Counted from the first letter of the stretch, positions 51,116 to 61,221 are shown. The stretch: 64,000 nt of DNA from Candidatus Moraniibacteriota bacterium (GCA_052035095.1 JBPOHW010000007.1:65705-129704), one strand, 5' to 3'. Numbers and translations: made by a program. Notes: generated by a model from the letters alone, not told the origin.

Positions 51116-54100
51116 AACAAAAAAAATACATTTTTTTCCTCAAGGCGCTTTTCCTCTCGGTATTTACGATGATGCAAATCTTCTTGCCGGGCACGATTGC
51201 GTTCGCTATCACCGTGGATAAGGTGACCGATAATGTTTTTGATGATGCTGCCAATTTTTTTGAGCGGCGATACCACCTCAATAAGGGGAGTCTTCAGGAT
51301 CAGGGGGAAAATTTTAACGTTTCGTCGCAAAAGGGGCAAGCGCCGCAGGTACTTCTCTATTTCACTCCGTCGGATCCGAAGCCGGGCGAGGAGGTGGAGG
51401 CGCGCGCGTTTCCGGAATTTTTCGGGAACTCAACCGACACACTCTACTATACGTGGTACTTGAAGCGAAAGCGGTGTTCCTTGACTGATCGCCTTACTAA
51501 TAGCGATGCTGATAAAGAGAAAAAGCTTCTCTGTGATCGCAATGATGATGACAAGATAACCGTCGAAGACTGGAAAATCGAAGCGATGCAGGCGGTTGCC
51601 GCTCGAGATTTTGACTCCACCTGCGCTTTGAACGGGAGTCTCTCTGAAGAAGAGCGCGAAGAATGCGCCGAAAATATGTATAATCCGGACGCGAAGAGTC
51701 GAATCAATGTTTCGGGATCGAAAGGAACCGATCGAGATAAGGATGGGTATATCGCGTCGGTTGGTGGGGATGGTCGATCGGGGTTTGCCGGGGATTGCTC
51801 GCCGTCGGATGGTGGCGAAGAGGAGAGTGATGATGGGAGCGCCGACCCTTTTGATCCGACATCGGAGGATACCGGTGCAGGTCGGCTCTATGCGTCGTCG
51901 ACAATAGGTGGGACGACGCGAAGCGTGACGCTTTCGTCGAGCCAAACGTTTTATGAAATTGCCACCGGATTCAGCGATACTAACTCCGAATTGTGTTATG
52001 AGATCTACGGCGTAGGAATAGGTGAATCGCATGGCGAAGGATCATGTAGCGGAAATGACAACTGGAGGGCGGCGACCGAGTACATTTCCTCCAGTGATTC
52101 TTTGATATATGGCGGCGGAACATGGACGCGTACCATTGCTCCCGTGAGTGCCGTTTTTCCTGCGGGGCACACGTATCATTTGTTTTGGCGCGATTCAAGT
52201 TCTCTCTCGGCGGCGAAGCTGACGGTTTCGAGTGACGGGTCAAGTGGGAGTGGCAATACTTGTACGGGCGAGAGCGTGTGTTATATCCACGATTTTGGAG
52301 ATGGGTACAACTATGAACTTCCGTCGTGTCAGCATCTTTTCCCGGATAACTACAAGATGGATGGAACGGGCGATATTCGGCGCGCGGGCGATATCGGCGC
52401 CGATGACTGCAGTCCCGGGGTGTGCGCCGAGTTTCCGATCGATGAGGAACGCTTCTGGCGAACCGACCCGGAAGATCCGAGTACCGCGCAGAACGGCACC
52501 AAAGACGAAGCGAATCTCGCGGGCTTGGGAGCAGATACCTTCCGCTGGGTGTACGCGCCGGAGGACAAGGTAGGCGTCGCGGTCGAGGGGGTCTCTATGT
52601 ACAATACTAAGTATGATAATTCGAGCGCCATGGTGATGTGGGCGCTTCCGAAGAATAAGTGCGATGTGACAGGGAAGTCGACGCGGACAGAAACGATAAA
52701 AGGATATAGTGTTGCTATAAAAACCGCGACGACGAACATCAATGACTGCCTCGAGGATAATCTTGTAGATCCGACCGAAGGCGGACAGGCGGAAAATGTC
52801 GATCTTTCGCTTTCATATACGCCAAACGAGCCCTCCGCCAAGTTGATTCCCTGGGGAGAAAACGCGGCGAGTGAGAAGTCACTCGCGGAAACGGGGGATA
52901 TGCTGGTGGTAAACGCCGCCTCATCCAACGCGAATCGAGATGCTTCATTTGCAAATTATCTCTGGCGCGTTCAAGCGAGTGGGAGCGGAACCTTTGATAC
53001 TCGTTTCAGCGATGAAAATGTATGGGTGGATATCACGAAGGATCTCCAAATAGCGAAAAATATCAGCGCGACGAGCGGAAACGGGGTGAATTCCCTCTCC
53101 ATTAACCTCAATCTCAATGAGAAAGAATTTTATAGCGATAAGCTCAAGGGGACCGTGCCTGGATTCGCTCGATACTTTAACGACGATGTCGCCTATTTCC
53201 GTATTTCCGCGAGCGCGACGGAGAATTTCTCCGGACAGACGAGCCGGAGCGGATCGGGGTCCGTGGTAGTCAAGGTCGTCGCCAACAAATCGATCGATGT
53301 TTACCATATAAAAACGGAAACTGATGCTTCGACGGGACTCGTGCGTGTCGCGCTCGATACGGATACCCCTCTGTGTCCCCTCTCGGGAAGCGCGGGGCGT
53401 GTCGGTACCTCTCAGCAAGTAATATGTCCGGTACTGAAAAATCAAGTGGTCGGTGTCTTCCTCTCAACTTCTTCGGGGGAGATTCGCGATTATGCCTGGA
53501 CGCTCGACGGCAAGGCACTCGCCTGCTCGAAACACGTCTCGGAGGACTGCGACGACAGCCGACAGGGAGCGACCAACTTTTTCCCCGTGTCGGGAGAAGT
53601 AGGAGATCTCTATACGCTCTCGGTGGTGGCAAATAATGCCGAGACGGGCAGATCCTTTACGGTGACACGCCGATTTCAAGTCGTGAGTCCCGACGCGGAT
53701 CTCGTCTCGGAAGACGGGGAAACCGCCTGGCCGAAGATTTTGGGGAGCTATACCAATCTTGACGGGTCGACATCGGATGATGTGAGTAAGACCTCATTTG
53801 AAGGCATTCCCGGGTCGACTGCGAAATTTTCCGCGGTCTTCCGTCCGGAAATACTGGGAACCTTTATTCTTGACGGCATCAAAGCGGGCGACGACCAAAA
53901 TGAAATGATTTGGTCAATTAACGGCAAGCCCTTCAAGTGGAACGATACCGGACTCTCGCTCGCGCTCGACGGCACTGTGGGCGATATCTATACCGTCACC
54001 CTCTCCGGCGCCTACAATCAGCCCCGCGAGCTCAGGAAAGCCCTCTATGATATCTGGAAAATATCTCCCTTTAATTCCGAAACCGTGCGGTTTTCGAAAG

Positions 54101-54294
54101 AGATACAAATTCGACTGGTAACTGCCGGAGAGAGTCCTTACGCGAAGGGAGGGGCAAATACTTTCTTTGCCTCGCTCATTTCCGCCGTGCCGCCTCTCGT
54201 GTTGTTCTCGGTTCGCCTCATCCTCTCGATGGGTCTCATTCTCCTCGTGGTCGGCGTCGCTTTTTCGGCAATGCCGGAGAGGAGACGGGAGTAG
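51112..54294 (+). CDS. giant secreted/surface protein (1060 aa) with N-terminal signal peptide and C-terminal TM anchor
   Basis: signal peptide ..FLPGTIAFAITV; Cys/Asp/Gly-rich extracellular region; C-terminal hydrophobic anchor. Confidence 0.55.
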   Translation: MKQKKYIFFLKALFLSVFTMMQIFLPGTIAFAITVDKVTDNVFDDAANFFERRYHLNKGSLQDQGENFNVSSQKGQAPQVLLYFTPSDPKPGEEVEARAFPEFFGNSTDTLYYTWYLKRKRCSLTDRLTNSDADKEKKLLCDRNDDDKITVEDWKIEAMQAVAARDFDSTCALNGSLSEEEREECAENMYNPDAKSRINVSGSKGTDRDKDGYIASVGGDGRSGFAGDCSPSDGGEEESDDGSADPFDPTSEDTGAGRLYASSTIGGTTRSVTLSSSQTFYEIATGFSDTNSELCYEIYGVGIGESHGEGSCSGNDNWRAATEYISSSDSLIYGGGTWTRTIAPVSAVFPAGHTYHLFWRDSSSLSAAKLTVSSDGSSGSGNTCTGESVCYIHDFGDGYNYELPSCQHLFPDNYKMDGTGDIRRAGDIGADDCSPGVCAEFPIDEERFWRTDPEDPSTAQNGTKDEANLAGLGADTFRWVYAPEDKVGVAVEGVSMYNTKYDNSSAMVMWALPKNKCDVTGKSTRTETIKGYSVAIKTATTNINDCLEDNLVDPTEGGQAENVDLSLSYTPNEPSAKLIPWGENAASEKSLAETGDMLVVNAASSNANRDASFANYLWRVQASGSGTFDTRFSDENVWVDITKDLQIAKNISATSGNGVNSLSINLNLNEKEFYSDKLKGTVPGFARYFNDDVAYFRISASATENFSGQTSRSGSGSVVVKVVANKSIDVYHIKTETDASTGLVRVALDTDTPLCPLSGSAGRVGTSQQVICPVLKNQVVGVFLSTSSGEIRDYAWTLDGKALACSKHVSEDCDDSRQGATNFFPVSGEVGDLYTLSVVANNAETGRSFTVTRRFQVVSPDADLVSEDGETAWPKILGSYTNLDGSTSDDVSKTSFEGIPGSTAKFSAVFRPEILGTFILDGIKAGDDQNEMIWSINGKPFKWNDTGLSLALDGTVGDIYTVTLSGAYNQPRELRKALYDIWKISPFNSETVRFSKEIQIRLVTAGESPYAKGGANTFFASLISAVPPLVLFSVRLILSMGLILLVVGVAFSAMPERRRE

Positions 54295-54322
54295 CGAGTA
54301 TTTTAGTATCTAGCAATGTCGT

Positions 54323-55606
54323 ATGAAATTTCTGAAACAGAGCGGGAAAATGTTCGTTTTTTTGTCTGTAATTGCGGTTGTCTTTGGTTTCTTTGGAAAT
54401 TTGTCTTTTGCTGCGGAACCAAACAGTGATATCACCTGCAATGCAAAGCCTCTTGACGGTGTCTGCAAGGAAGCGGGAAAGGAGTGTACGCCAGGTGCTG
54501 GATATCAAAAGTATGGGCATTGCGATAAGGTGGATGCGCCCTGCTGTGTGCCTGATGCGAATGTTCCGAAATCTGGATCAACACCCATTACGACCAAGAC
54601 TGAGTGTGAAGCCACGAAAGGATCTGATGGAAAGAATGCTTACTGTATAACGACGGTCGGTCAGAATTGCTCAACTTTTTCTTTGGATCAAATCGGAACA
54701 TGCGCCGACCTTGGTTCAGGCACGGCGTGTTGTGCTGCAAAGGGCACCCCTGTTCCTGGCGGTAGTACCTCGTCAACTCCTTCTTCTAGTGCTAGCTCGC
54801 TTCAGTATGCCCCACTTGAGAATTTGCCGGGGTTTGAGGGGGAGAGTGGGGACTTTGCGACGTATTTCAAAAATGTATATCTCTTGGCGCTCTGGATTGT
54901 GGGGATATCGGCGCTCTTTATGCTCGTCGTGGGCGGGTTCCTCTACCTCTCGAGCGCGGGGAATACGTCGACTCTGGGCTATGCCAAAAAGACGATCTAT
55001 GGAGCGCTCATCGGGCTCGTCATCGCGCTCATTTCATGGCTCCTCCTCAATACTATCAATGCCGATCTCACCAATTTGAAATTGAGTGGATTGTCGGGAG
55101 TAGCGGGACTAGGCGGTGGGTCGTCAACGACGACTACACCACCATCGGGAAATGCTGATCCGGAGGGATGCAAGAATTTGAAAAATCTCCGTTCTGACAT
55201 TGCAAATCAGTGTAATCTTGCTTCAAAAGAGTTGGTTGCCATGATGTCCTGCATGGAAGGAAAGGGTATAAAAAATACATGGACGTCAATTTCCGCCAGT
55301 AATATTGGGGGGGATCAAAATGCGGCGGCGGCGTGTTGCGGAGATTCGCGACCAGCTTCGTGTAAACATTCAAAAGTTACTTGCCATTATGGATGTACCT
55401 TTGGAACGAAGGGGCTTTCTTACGGAGTTGATATTGGAGGGTTAACGAGTGCATCGAGTGATGCTACCTTGTGCGCCGTAGCGAGTGCGGCTAAATCTTG
55501 CGGAGGGGGAAATATATGGGGGCCTCGGACACTAAGTTGCGGTGTGACATATCAGGATGGCCATAATGATCATCTTCATGTTAGTGTTTCTGGGTGCCCA
55601 CATTGA
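54323..55606 (+). CDS. Cys-rich secreted protein with central two-TM hairpin and C-terminal HxH-containing domain
   Basis: signal peptide; repeated Cys patterns; TM hairpin ..LALWIVGISALFMLVVGGFLYL..GALIGLVIALISWLLL..; C-terminal ..GHNDHLHVSVSGCPH. Confidence 0.5.
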   Translation: MKFLKQSGKMFVFLSVIAVVFGFFGNLSFAAEPNSDITCNAKPLDGVCKEAGKECTPGAGYQKYGHCDKVDAPCCVPDANVPKSGSTPITTKTECEATKGSDGKNAYCITTVGQNCSTFSLDQIGTCADLGSGTACCAAKGTPVPGGSTSSTPSSSASSLQYAPLENLPGFEGESGDFATYFKNVYLLALWIVGISALFMLVVGGFLYLSSAGNTSTLGYAKKTIYGALIGLVIALISWLLLNTINADLTNLKLSGLSGVAGLGGGSSTTTTPPSGNADPEGCKNLKNLRSDIANQCNLASKELVAMMSCMEGKGIKNTWTSISASNIGGDQNAAAACCGDSRPASCKHSKVTCHYGCTFGTKGLSYGVDIGGLTSASSDATLCAVASAAKSCGGGNIWGPRTLSCGVTYQDGHNDHLHVSVSGCPH

Positions 55607-55612
55607 TTTTTT

Positions 55613-56764
55613 ATGAAGAAGTTCTTCATCGCTACTTCCGTTCTTTTTGGAATTTTTCTCCTCTTTTTCCTCATATACAATTTTTTGTTCAAGCACAATC
55701 CGTTCGAGGGGAGGGTGCCCAATACGGCGGTGATACCAAATGAAACCGGATCGAGCAAAGAAGAGATAGAGGAAACGAAAGCAATCGCGAACGTGACGGA
55801 TGAGGAGGTGGTGGCGCCGATATTTGATGTCGAAGATCAGGCGATCCTCTATCTCGTGCCGGAAGAACAGGCGCTCAAAGAAACCTTCCTCGTGACCAAT
55901 GCGCCGCGCACGGTCGCGCGGTTCTCTTTTGTGCCGAGAAATATCATCTGGTCGCCGGATAGGAAGCGGGCGCTCGTCAAAAAGAGCGATACCGAATGGG
56001 CGCTCTTCACGCGCGAAAAAAAGGGAGAGGCGAATGAGGGTTCGCCCGTACAAATGCTGAAGCCCGGCATCGAAAGCCCCGCGTGGACGACGCTTGGGGA
56101 CAAGATTGTTTACAAATACTACGATCCGGCATTGGAAACGCGCACGCTCACCCTCGCGAATCCCGATGGGACGGATTGGGAGATGATCGGCGAGACGACA
56201 TTTCAGTTTTTGGAAATACAAGCGGTGCCGAAGAGTTCGCTCATTGCGTTTTGGAATTGGGGGAATGCTTTTGAGGAGACATCGCTCTCGGTTGTGGGGG
56301 CGATGGGGGGCGAAGTGAAAGAAATTTTTTCCAAACACTATGGCGTCGACTACGCGATCGCGCCAAATGGCAACACGATACTTTTGAGCAATACGATCGA
56401 AAAGGGTGGGACGGCGGTGACGCTTGCGACCATCAATGTAAAGGGTGGCAACTACCGTAATCTCGCCATCCCGACTCTCGCCGGAAAGACCGTCTGGGCC
56501 AAAAACAGTCGCGTGATTTACTACGCGCTCCCGGGCGCCATCCCCGCGGGGAGTATTCTGCCCAATGATTACTACCGGAAACCGATCCTGACTGCCGATA
56601 CGTTCTGGAAGATGGATATGGAGACGAATGAAAAATCTCGCCTTGTTGATCCGGCCGATATCGACCGGAGCTATGACGCCGAAAACCTCGTCCTCGATAC
56701 GGACGAGACCACGCTCTTCTTCCGCAATCGCCACGATGGGAAGATATACAAAATCAACCTCTGA
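55613..56764 (+). CDS. membrane-anchored hypothetical protein, probable beta-propeller (TolB-like) fold
   Basis: N-terminal TM; repeated ..DG..ILLSN/ IVYKYYD.. style beta-strand motifs; no catalytic motif. Confidence 0.4.
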   Translation: MKKFFIATSVLFGIFLLFFLIYNFLFKHNPFEGRVPNTAVIPNETGSSKEEIEETKAIANVTDEEVVAPIFDVEDQAILYLVPEEQALKETFLVTNAPRTVARFSFVPRNIIWSPDRKRALVKKSDTEWALFTREKKGEANEGSPVQMLKPGIESPAWTTLGDKIVYKYYDPALETRTLTLANPDGTDWEMIGETTFQFLEIQAVPKSSLIAFWNWGNAFEETSLSVVGAMGGEVKEIFSKHYGVDYAIAPNGNTILLSNTIEKGGTAVTLATINVKGGNYRNLAIPTLAGKTVWAKNSRVIYYALPGAIPAGSILPNDYYRKPILTADTFWKMDMETNEKSRLVDPADIDRSYDAENLVLDTDETTLFFRNRHDGKIYKINL

Positions 56765-58308
56765 GTTTTTCCACCCCTCCTTTGCAAGGAGGGGAGCGGG
56801 GTGGTTCCGGTTTGCGGCTCCGGCTTCAAACCCCTTTGTCTCGAGCCCGAGCCACCCCGCCTTTGCCAAGGGGATGGCGAAACCCCCATAAAAAACACGA
56901 TCCAGAAACTATACGCGAGCCCGAGTCGCCAGTAGGTGGTGTCAACGAGTCCGTGAATGAGTACTGTGAGCATTATTGCCGTGAGTGCCGAGAGAATCAA
57001 GTGATTCTCTTCTTTTTTTATTTCAAAAAAAACAGTCCGGAACCACCAAACAACCAAAAAGCCGAATGCCAAAAGCCCCATAAGACCGCCTCCGAGCCAA
57101 AACGCGAGGAAAATAGTGTGCGGCTCCGGCACCGACCACTCGAGGTAGGGCGGGAAGTATTGTTGATACGCGAGATAGCAGGATTGGAAATTTCCGGGTC
57201 CCACGCCAAAGAGAGGCGAATTGGCGATCATTGCTTTCGCTGATCGCCAAATCATCAGGCGTGAGGCGAAAGAAGAACGCGAATCGGGATCAAAAAAATG
57301 TTCAAAACGCGGAGTGTTCCACTGGGAGAGAATGATTATTCCTGAAAATACAAGAAACACGGCGGTGTATCGTAGGGGCGAATAATTATTCGCCCGTACC
57401 CCTTCTCGTACCCATCTAGTTCGCGTCATGTATTCAAACAAGAAAATCCCAATCGCAACTGCGATCCACGCGGAAATGGAATGGGTGAGGAAGAGAAGGA
57501 AGGAAAGCAAAATGAAAAATGAAAAATGAAAAATGAAAAATTGGGAACGGGAAATGCGGGAACGGAAAAAGTACCATAAGAGAATGATGGCGGGGGTGAG
57601 GTGCATGGCGAGGGCGTTGGGGGAATTGAATATTCCGGAGAGACGATGGTCATAGGTCATACCGCTTCCAAAAATCCACCCAAGAAGCGAGAGAATGGAA
57701 ATCGGGAGGAACGATACCGTGAAAATGAAAAGGAGTTTTTCGCGCGAAAAATACCGACCGGAGGCGCGAAAAAGAATCCACCCGAAGAGTATTGGAAATG
57801 CAAACCACGATTTCAGAATACCGAGCGCTCGCAGGAGTCCTTCCTGCGACATTGGACAGAGAGCATGACGTGAAAACGCGGCAACGAGTGTGGAGGAAAG
57901 AACGCCGAGAAGAAGGACAACCATCCCAATGTGTACGGGCGAATAATTATTCGCCCGTACGAAGCGCATTGATGTCAACATCATTTTTCCCCATTGTTTT
58001 CCCTTTATTCCTCCCGTTTCTTCCTTCCTTTGCGCTCCCTTTCTCCACCCTTCTATGTTTTCAATTCTTTGCGAAATCTCCCCCTTTTGTTTTCGTGTCC
58101 AAAACAGCACCGCCGCTGACGCTATCACTCCCATCTCGACCATATATATCGGCACGCCGAATAGCACCACTTTTGCGTTTTCAAAGTGGAGGAGGAAGAA
58201 TGTCGCGGCGAGGCTACCGAGCAAGTATGGTCTTATGCTCATACGAAGAAAATGCGAAGAGAACGAGGAGGAGTGGGAGGATGTGCACCGAATAGATCGG
58301 CGTTTCAA
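56671..58308 (-). CDS. O-antigen ligase/polymerase (Wzy_C)-family membrane protein carrying two in-frame palindromic insertions
   Basis: multi-TM; motif RLSGIFNSPNALAMHL; true start probably internal; contains 28-bp palindromes at 57372-57399 and 57933-57960 and a heptamer tandem repeat. Confidence 0.55.
   Translation of the reverse strand: MKRRSIRCTSSHSSSFSSHFLRMSIRPYLLGSLAATFFLLHFENAKVVLFGVPIYMVEMGVIASAAVLFWTRKQKGEISQRIENIEGWRKGAQRKEETGGIKGKQWGKMMLTSMRFVRANNYSPVHIGMVVLLLGVLSSTLVAAFSRHALCPMSQEGLLRALGILKSWFAFPILFGWILFRASGRYFSREKLLFIFTVSFLPISILSLLGWIFGSGMTYDHRLSGIFNSPNALAMHLTPAIILLWYFFRSRISRSQFFIFHFSFFILLSFLLFLTHSISAWIAVAIGIFLFEYMTRTRWVREGVRANNYSPLRYTAVFLVFSGIIILSQWNTPRFEHFFDPDSRSSFASRLMIWRSAKAMIANSPLFGVGPGNFQSCYLAYQQYFPPYLEWSVPEPHTIFLAFWLGGGLMGLLAFGFLVVWWFRTVFFEIKKEENHLILSALTAIMLTVLIHGLVDTTYWRLGLAYSFWIVFFMGVSPSPWQRRGGSGSRQRGLKPEPQTGTTPLPSLQRRGGKTQRLILYIFPSWRLRKKSVVSSVSRTRFSAS
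57372..57399. repeat. 28-bp palindrome GTA(G/C)GGGCGAATAATTATTCGCCCGTAC, copy 1 (one mismatch)
   Basis: read directly; encodes RANNYSP on both strands. Confidence 0.8.
57517..57550. repeat. tandem heptamer repeat (ATGAAAA)x4
   Basis: read directly inside the ligase-like ORF. Confidence 0.7.
57933..57960. repeat. 28-bp perfect palindrome GTACGGGCGAATAATTATTCGCCCGTAC, copy 2
   Basis: read directly. Confidence 0.85.
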
Positions 58309-59563
58309 AAAGGGAATGAGCGAGGAATATGAGGAGGGAAAAACCGACGGCGAGTTTGAGCGGTTCGAGAGATGCGAGGGCTCGGGTGATTGAGATAGTG
58401 AGAAGGAGGAAGAAAACGATGCCGTTTACGATACCGGTTTCGGCCGAGATATCAAGGAAAATATTGTGCGCGTAGCGCGGTTCGCGATACTCCGCGGAGG
58501 GCTTCACGGTATTGGAATAGTTGCCGAGTCCGACGCCGGTTACGGGGTGTTTGGCGATAATGTCGAGGGCTTCGTTCCAGATGGCGAGGCGGCCGCTCGT
58601 TGAATGGTCGGCGGGGTCGAGAGAAGAAAGGAGTCGCGAGGCGATAGGGTTCGGGATGAAGAAGAAGGCAAGGAGAAGAAGAAAACAGAAGAAGAGTGCC
58701 GGAATATATTTTTTGAAAATCAGTGAAGGGAAAATCGCGAGCGAAACCGCGAGCGCCAGAAGAAGCGCGAGGTAGCCGCCGCGTGAAAAGGTGAGTATAT
58801 CGGCGATGAAAATGAATATGGACGCTATTATGAAATAGAGTTTCGCGCGATGGGTGGAACTTTGAGTGAACGCGAGCGCCAAGGGGAGCGTCATCCCCCA
58901 GAAAAAAGAGGCGATATGCGGATCTGGGAAAAAAGCGCTCGCGCGCAGGAGATTCCCGCCGCCGACATTCGCCACCATGCTCGAATATTCCGAGACGACG
59001 CCGGAAAAGGTTGTTCCGGAGAAAATCGGGAGGATATTCTTTTGCCAGAAAAGAAGCGTCGGATCGAGTCCGATCGCGAAGGGGAGGAGAAACTGTACGA
59101 TGCCGATTCCCGCCGAAAGCGCGGAACCCGCGACAAGCCACTCCGCGAATTGTTTTCCATATCCCTTCTCTTGAAACACGGAAAACGCGACGAAGAAGAG
59201 AGGAGTGAACGAAAAGAGAAAGAGAAGTTTTCGAATTCCCCATGAGACATTCTCTGCAAAAAAAAGAGAGAACGCCGAGAAAAAAAGAAAAGAGATAAGG
59301 AGGAGTGTTTCGGCGCGCGCCGGGAGTATGAGCCTCTGTCGGAAGAGCGAGATTGTGATCCAGAAAGACCCAAGTCCGAGCGCGAAGAAGCGAGAAATAT
59401 GCAGATCGATCCCGGGCGCGGGACTCAACGCAAACTGAAACGGCAGGGTCGCGAAGAAGAGAAGAAAAAGGAAGCGCATGAAAGAATGGTGAATGGTGAA
59501 TGGTGAATGAAGAATATAGGAAAGAAAACAGGAACGATTTATTCCCCATTCTTTACTCCCCAT
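58214..59563 (-). CDS. O-antigen ligase (Wzy_C)-family membrane protein
   Basis: 449 aa, 10+ TM; ..FSRGGYLALLLALAV.. Wzy_C-like motif. Confidence 0.6.
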   Translation of the reverse strand: MGSKEWGINRSCFLSYILHSPFTIHHSFMRFLFLLFFATLPFQFALSPAPGIDLHISRFFALGLGSFWITISLFRQRLILPARAETLLLISFLFFSAFSLFFAENVSWGIRKLLFLFSFTPLFFVAFSVFQEKGYGKQFAEWLVAGSALSAGIGIVQFLLPFAIGLDPTLLFWQKNILPIFSGTTFSGVVSEYSSMVANVGGGNLLRASAFFPDPHIASFFWGMTLPLALAFTQSSTHRAKLYFIIASIFIFIADILTFSRGGYLALLLALAVSLAIFPSLIFKKYIPALFFCFLLLLAFFFIPNPIASRLLSSLDPADHSTSGRLAIWNEALDIIAKHPVTGVGLGNYSNTVKPSAEYREPRYAHNIFLDISAETGIVNGIVFFLLLTISITRALASLEPLKLAVGFSLLIFLAHSLFETPIYSVHILPLLLVLFAFSSYEHKTILAR

Positions 59564-60368
59564 TCCCCATTCTTGCTACTCCCCGTAGGAATTTGAGAAG
59601 CTTTCCCTCGTACCATGGTCGATGGAGGGAAAAATAGCTATCTTGAGACGTGCGATAGGCATTTTTTTGTTCTTTCCGTGATGCGTCTGTACTTCCACCA
59701 CCCATATGGAGAACGCAAATATCCGGAAGAAGGAGAATTTTTTTGCGGAATTTTTTCACTCGAGCGCACAGGTCCGCGTCCTCATAGTAGAGGAAGAATC
59801 GCTCGTCGAATCCGTGTACGCGAAAGAAAAGCGCGCGAGGGATGGCGAGGGCGGCGCCACTTACCCACGCGACCCTTCGAGGCGCTTCCGATTTCCAGAG
59901 TGTGGCGCTTCTTGGAAACCCGCTATGGTTTCGAATGAGGTCGAGGAGGGTGATATCGGTGCCGACGCCCCACGGCTGGGGCATTTCCGGCTCAATGAAG
60001 AGCTTGAAACCGGCGATGCCGAGCGTGGAATCTCGCTCGAATTTCTTTAAGACGGCGCTCATATCTCCCGAGAGGAAGCGCGCGTCTGGATTGAGGAGGA
60101 TAAGTATGGTTCCCTGAGCGCGCTCGGCCGCTCGATTGACGGCATATCCGAAACCGCGATTTTCAGTGAGAGTAATGAGGGTAAAAGGAAATCGCTCTTG
60201 TAATGTCCGAAGCGTCACGGTTTCTTCGGGGTCGTTGTTGACCACGAGGCACTCGTATGGCGCGGGGAAGGTGATATTTTGAAAAGATGAAAAACACGCG
60301 GGCAAGTGAATTGCGCTTCGGTAGTTGACGATGATGAAGGAGAAACGCGGTGCGTTGTTAGTATCCAT
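59553..60368 (-). CDS. glycosyltransferase family 2
   Basis: start MDTNNAPRFSFIIVNYRS.. (internal Met of ORF-track entry); GT2 N-terminal signature; overlaps next GT2 gene by 11 nt. Confidence 0.7.
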   Translation of the reverse strand: MDTNNAPRFSFIIVNYRSAIHLPACFSSFQNITFPAPYECLVVNNDPEETVTLRTLQERFPFTLITLTENRGFGYAVNRAAERAQGTILILLNPDARFLSGDMSAVLKKFERDSTLGIAGFKLFIEPEMPQPWGVGTDITLLDLIRNHSGFPRSATLWKSEAPRRVAWVSGAALAIPRALFFRVHGFDERFFLYYEDADLCARVKKFRKKILLLPDICVLHMGGGSTDASRKEQKNAYRTSQDSYFSLHRPWYEGKLLKFLRGVARMGNGE

Positions 60369-61221
60369 ATTTCCAGAAATCTCGAAAGGCGTCTCGGACG
60401 GATCGGGCGGTGGCGTCTTCGGGGGAGGAAACGACGCGGAACATATTCCAGAGCTTTCGGAACGCGAAGGAGATCCAGAAATAGGGCTGTCCCCAGAAGG
60501 GGAAATTTTTCCGAAAGAAAAAGAGTCCCGATCGGACGAGCCAATACGTTTTTTCAGGATTTCTTTTGCTTTCTTCGGAGTGCGTGATGGTGGCTTTCGG
60601 ATGAACGACAATGGGAAATCCGGCGCGTTTCGTTCGGATCGAGAGGTCGGCATCTTCGTAGTAAAGGAAAAAACGCTCGTCGAAGAGTCCGACCATACGG
60701 AAAACCGGAACCTTGACGAGCGGAGCGCATCCAGATAGGAAGCCGGTTTCAAATGGAATGGCGCGACTTCTTGGTTTGGTATGAAGGGCTCGGAGGCGAA
60801 ACCAGGCTATTTTCCCGCCGCCGAACCATATCCTGCGTCGCGAAGGTGTAAAAATGATCGGGGAAGCGATGCCGACGGACGCGTGATGCTCGAGGAGTTC
60901 GACCAAACGATGGAGGGACTCCTTCGAGACGATCGTATCGGGATTGACCAACCAAACATACTCGGCTCGTTGGTCGAGAGCGAAGCGAATACCGACATTC
61001 ATACCGCGCGCGAAGCCGACATTTTCGGAATTTCGGATGAAATGCGCTTGCGAATAGCGTTCTTTGGCGGATTCAAATGAACCGTCCGTTGAGGCGTTGT
61101 CGATCACGACGACGCGGAACATCGGGTATTCGAGGCGAAAAATCGAGCGAAGACATGAAAGAAGTGTTTCGCGACTGTTGTAATTCAAGACGAGGATGAA
61201 CACGAGAGGGGAACGATACAT
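60358..61221 (-). CDS. glycosyltransferase family 2
   Basis: ..VFILVLNYNSRETLLSCLRS..VVVIDNASTDGS.. GT2-A motifs. Confidence 0.8.
   Translation of the reverse strand: MYRSPLVFILVLNYNSRETLLSCLRSIFRLEYPMFRVVVIDNASTDGSFESAKERYSQAHFIRNSENVGFARGMNVGIRFALDQRAEYVWLVNPDTIVSKESLHRLVELLEHHASVGIASPIIFTPSRRRIWFGGGKIAWFRLRALHTKPRSRAIPFETGFLSGCAPLVKVPVFRMVGLFDERFFLYYEDADLSIRTKRAGFPIVVHPKATITHSEESKRNPEKTYWLVRSGLFFFRKNFPFWGQPYFWISFAFRKLWNMFRVVSSPEDATARSVRDAFRDFWKYGY

Noticed and set aside
57517-57550. (ATGAAAA)n repeat as a CRISPR or phase-variation microsatellite
   Set aside because: Only about 4 units and within a coding region; it is recorded as a simple tandem repeat, with phase variation raised only as a possibility
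58452-59549. 365-aa Arg-rich minus-strand ORF in alternative frame of the ligase-like gene
   Set aside because: Same strand but different frame from the hydrophobic Wzy-like ORF 58214-59563; the latter has a coherent membrane-protein profile
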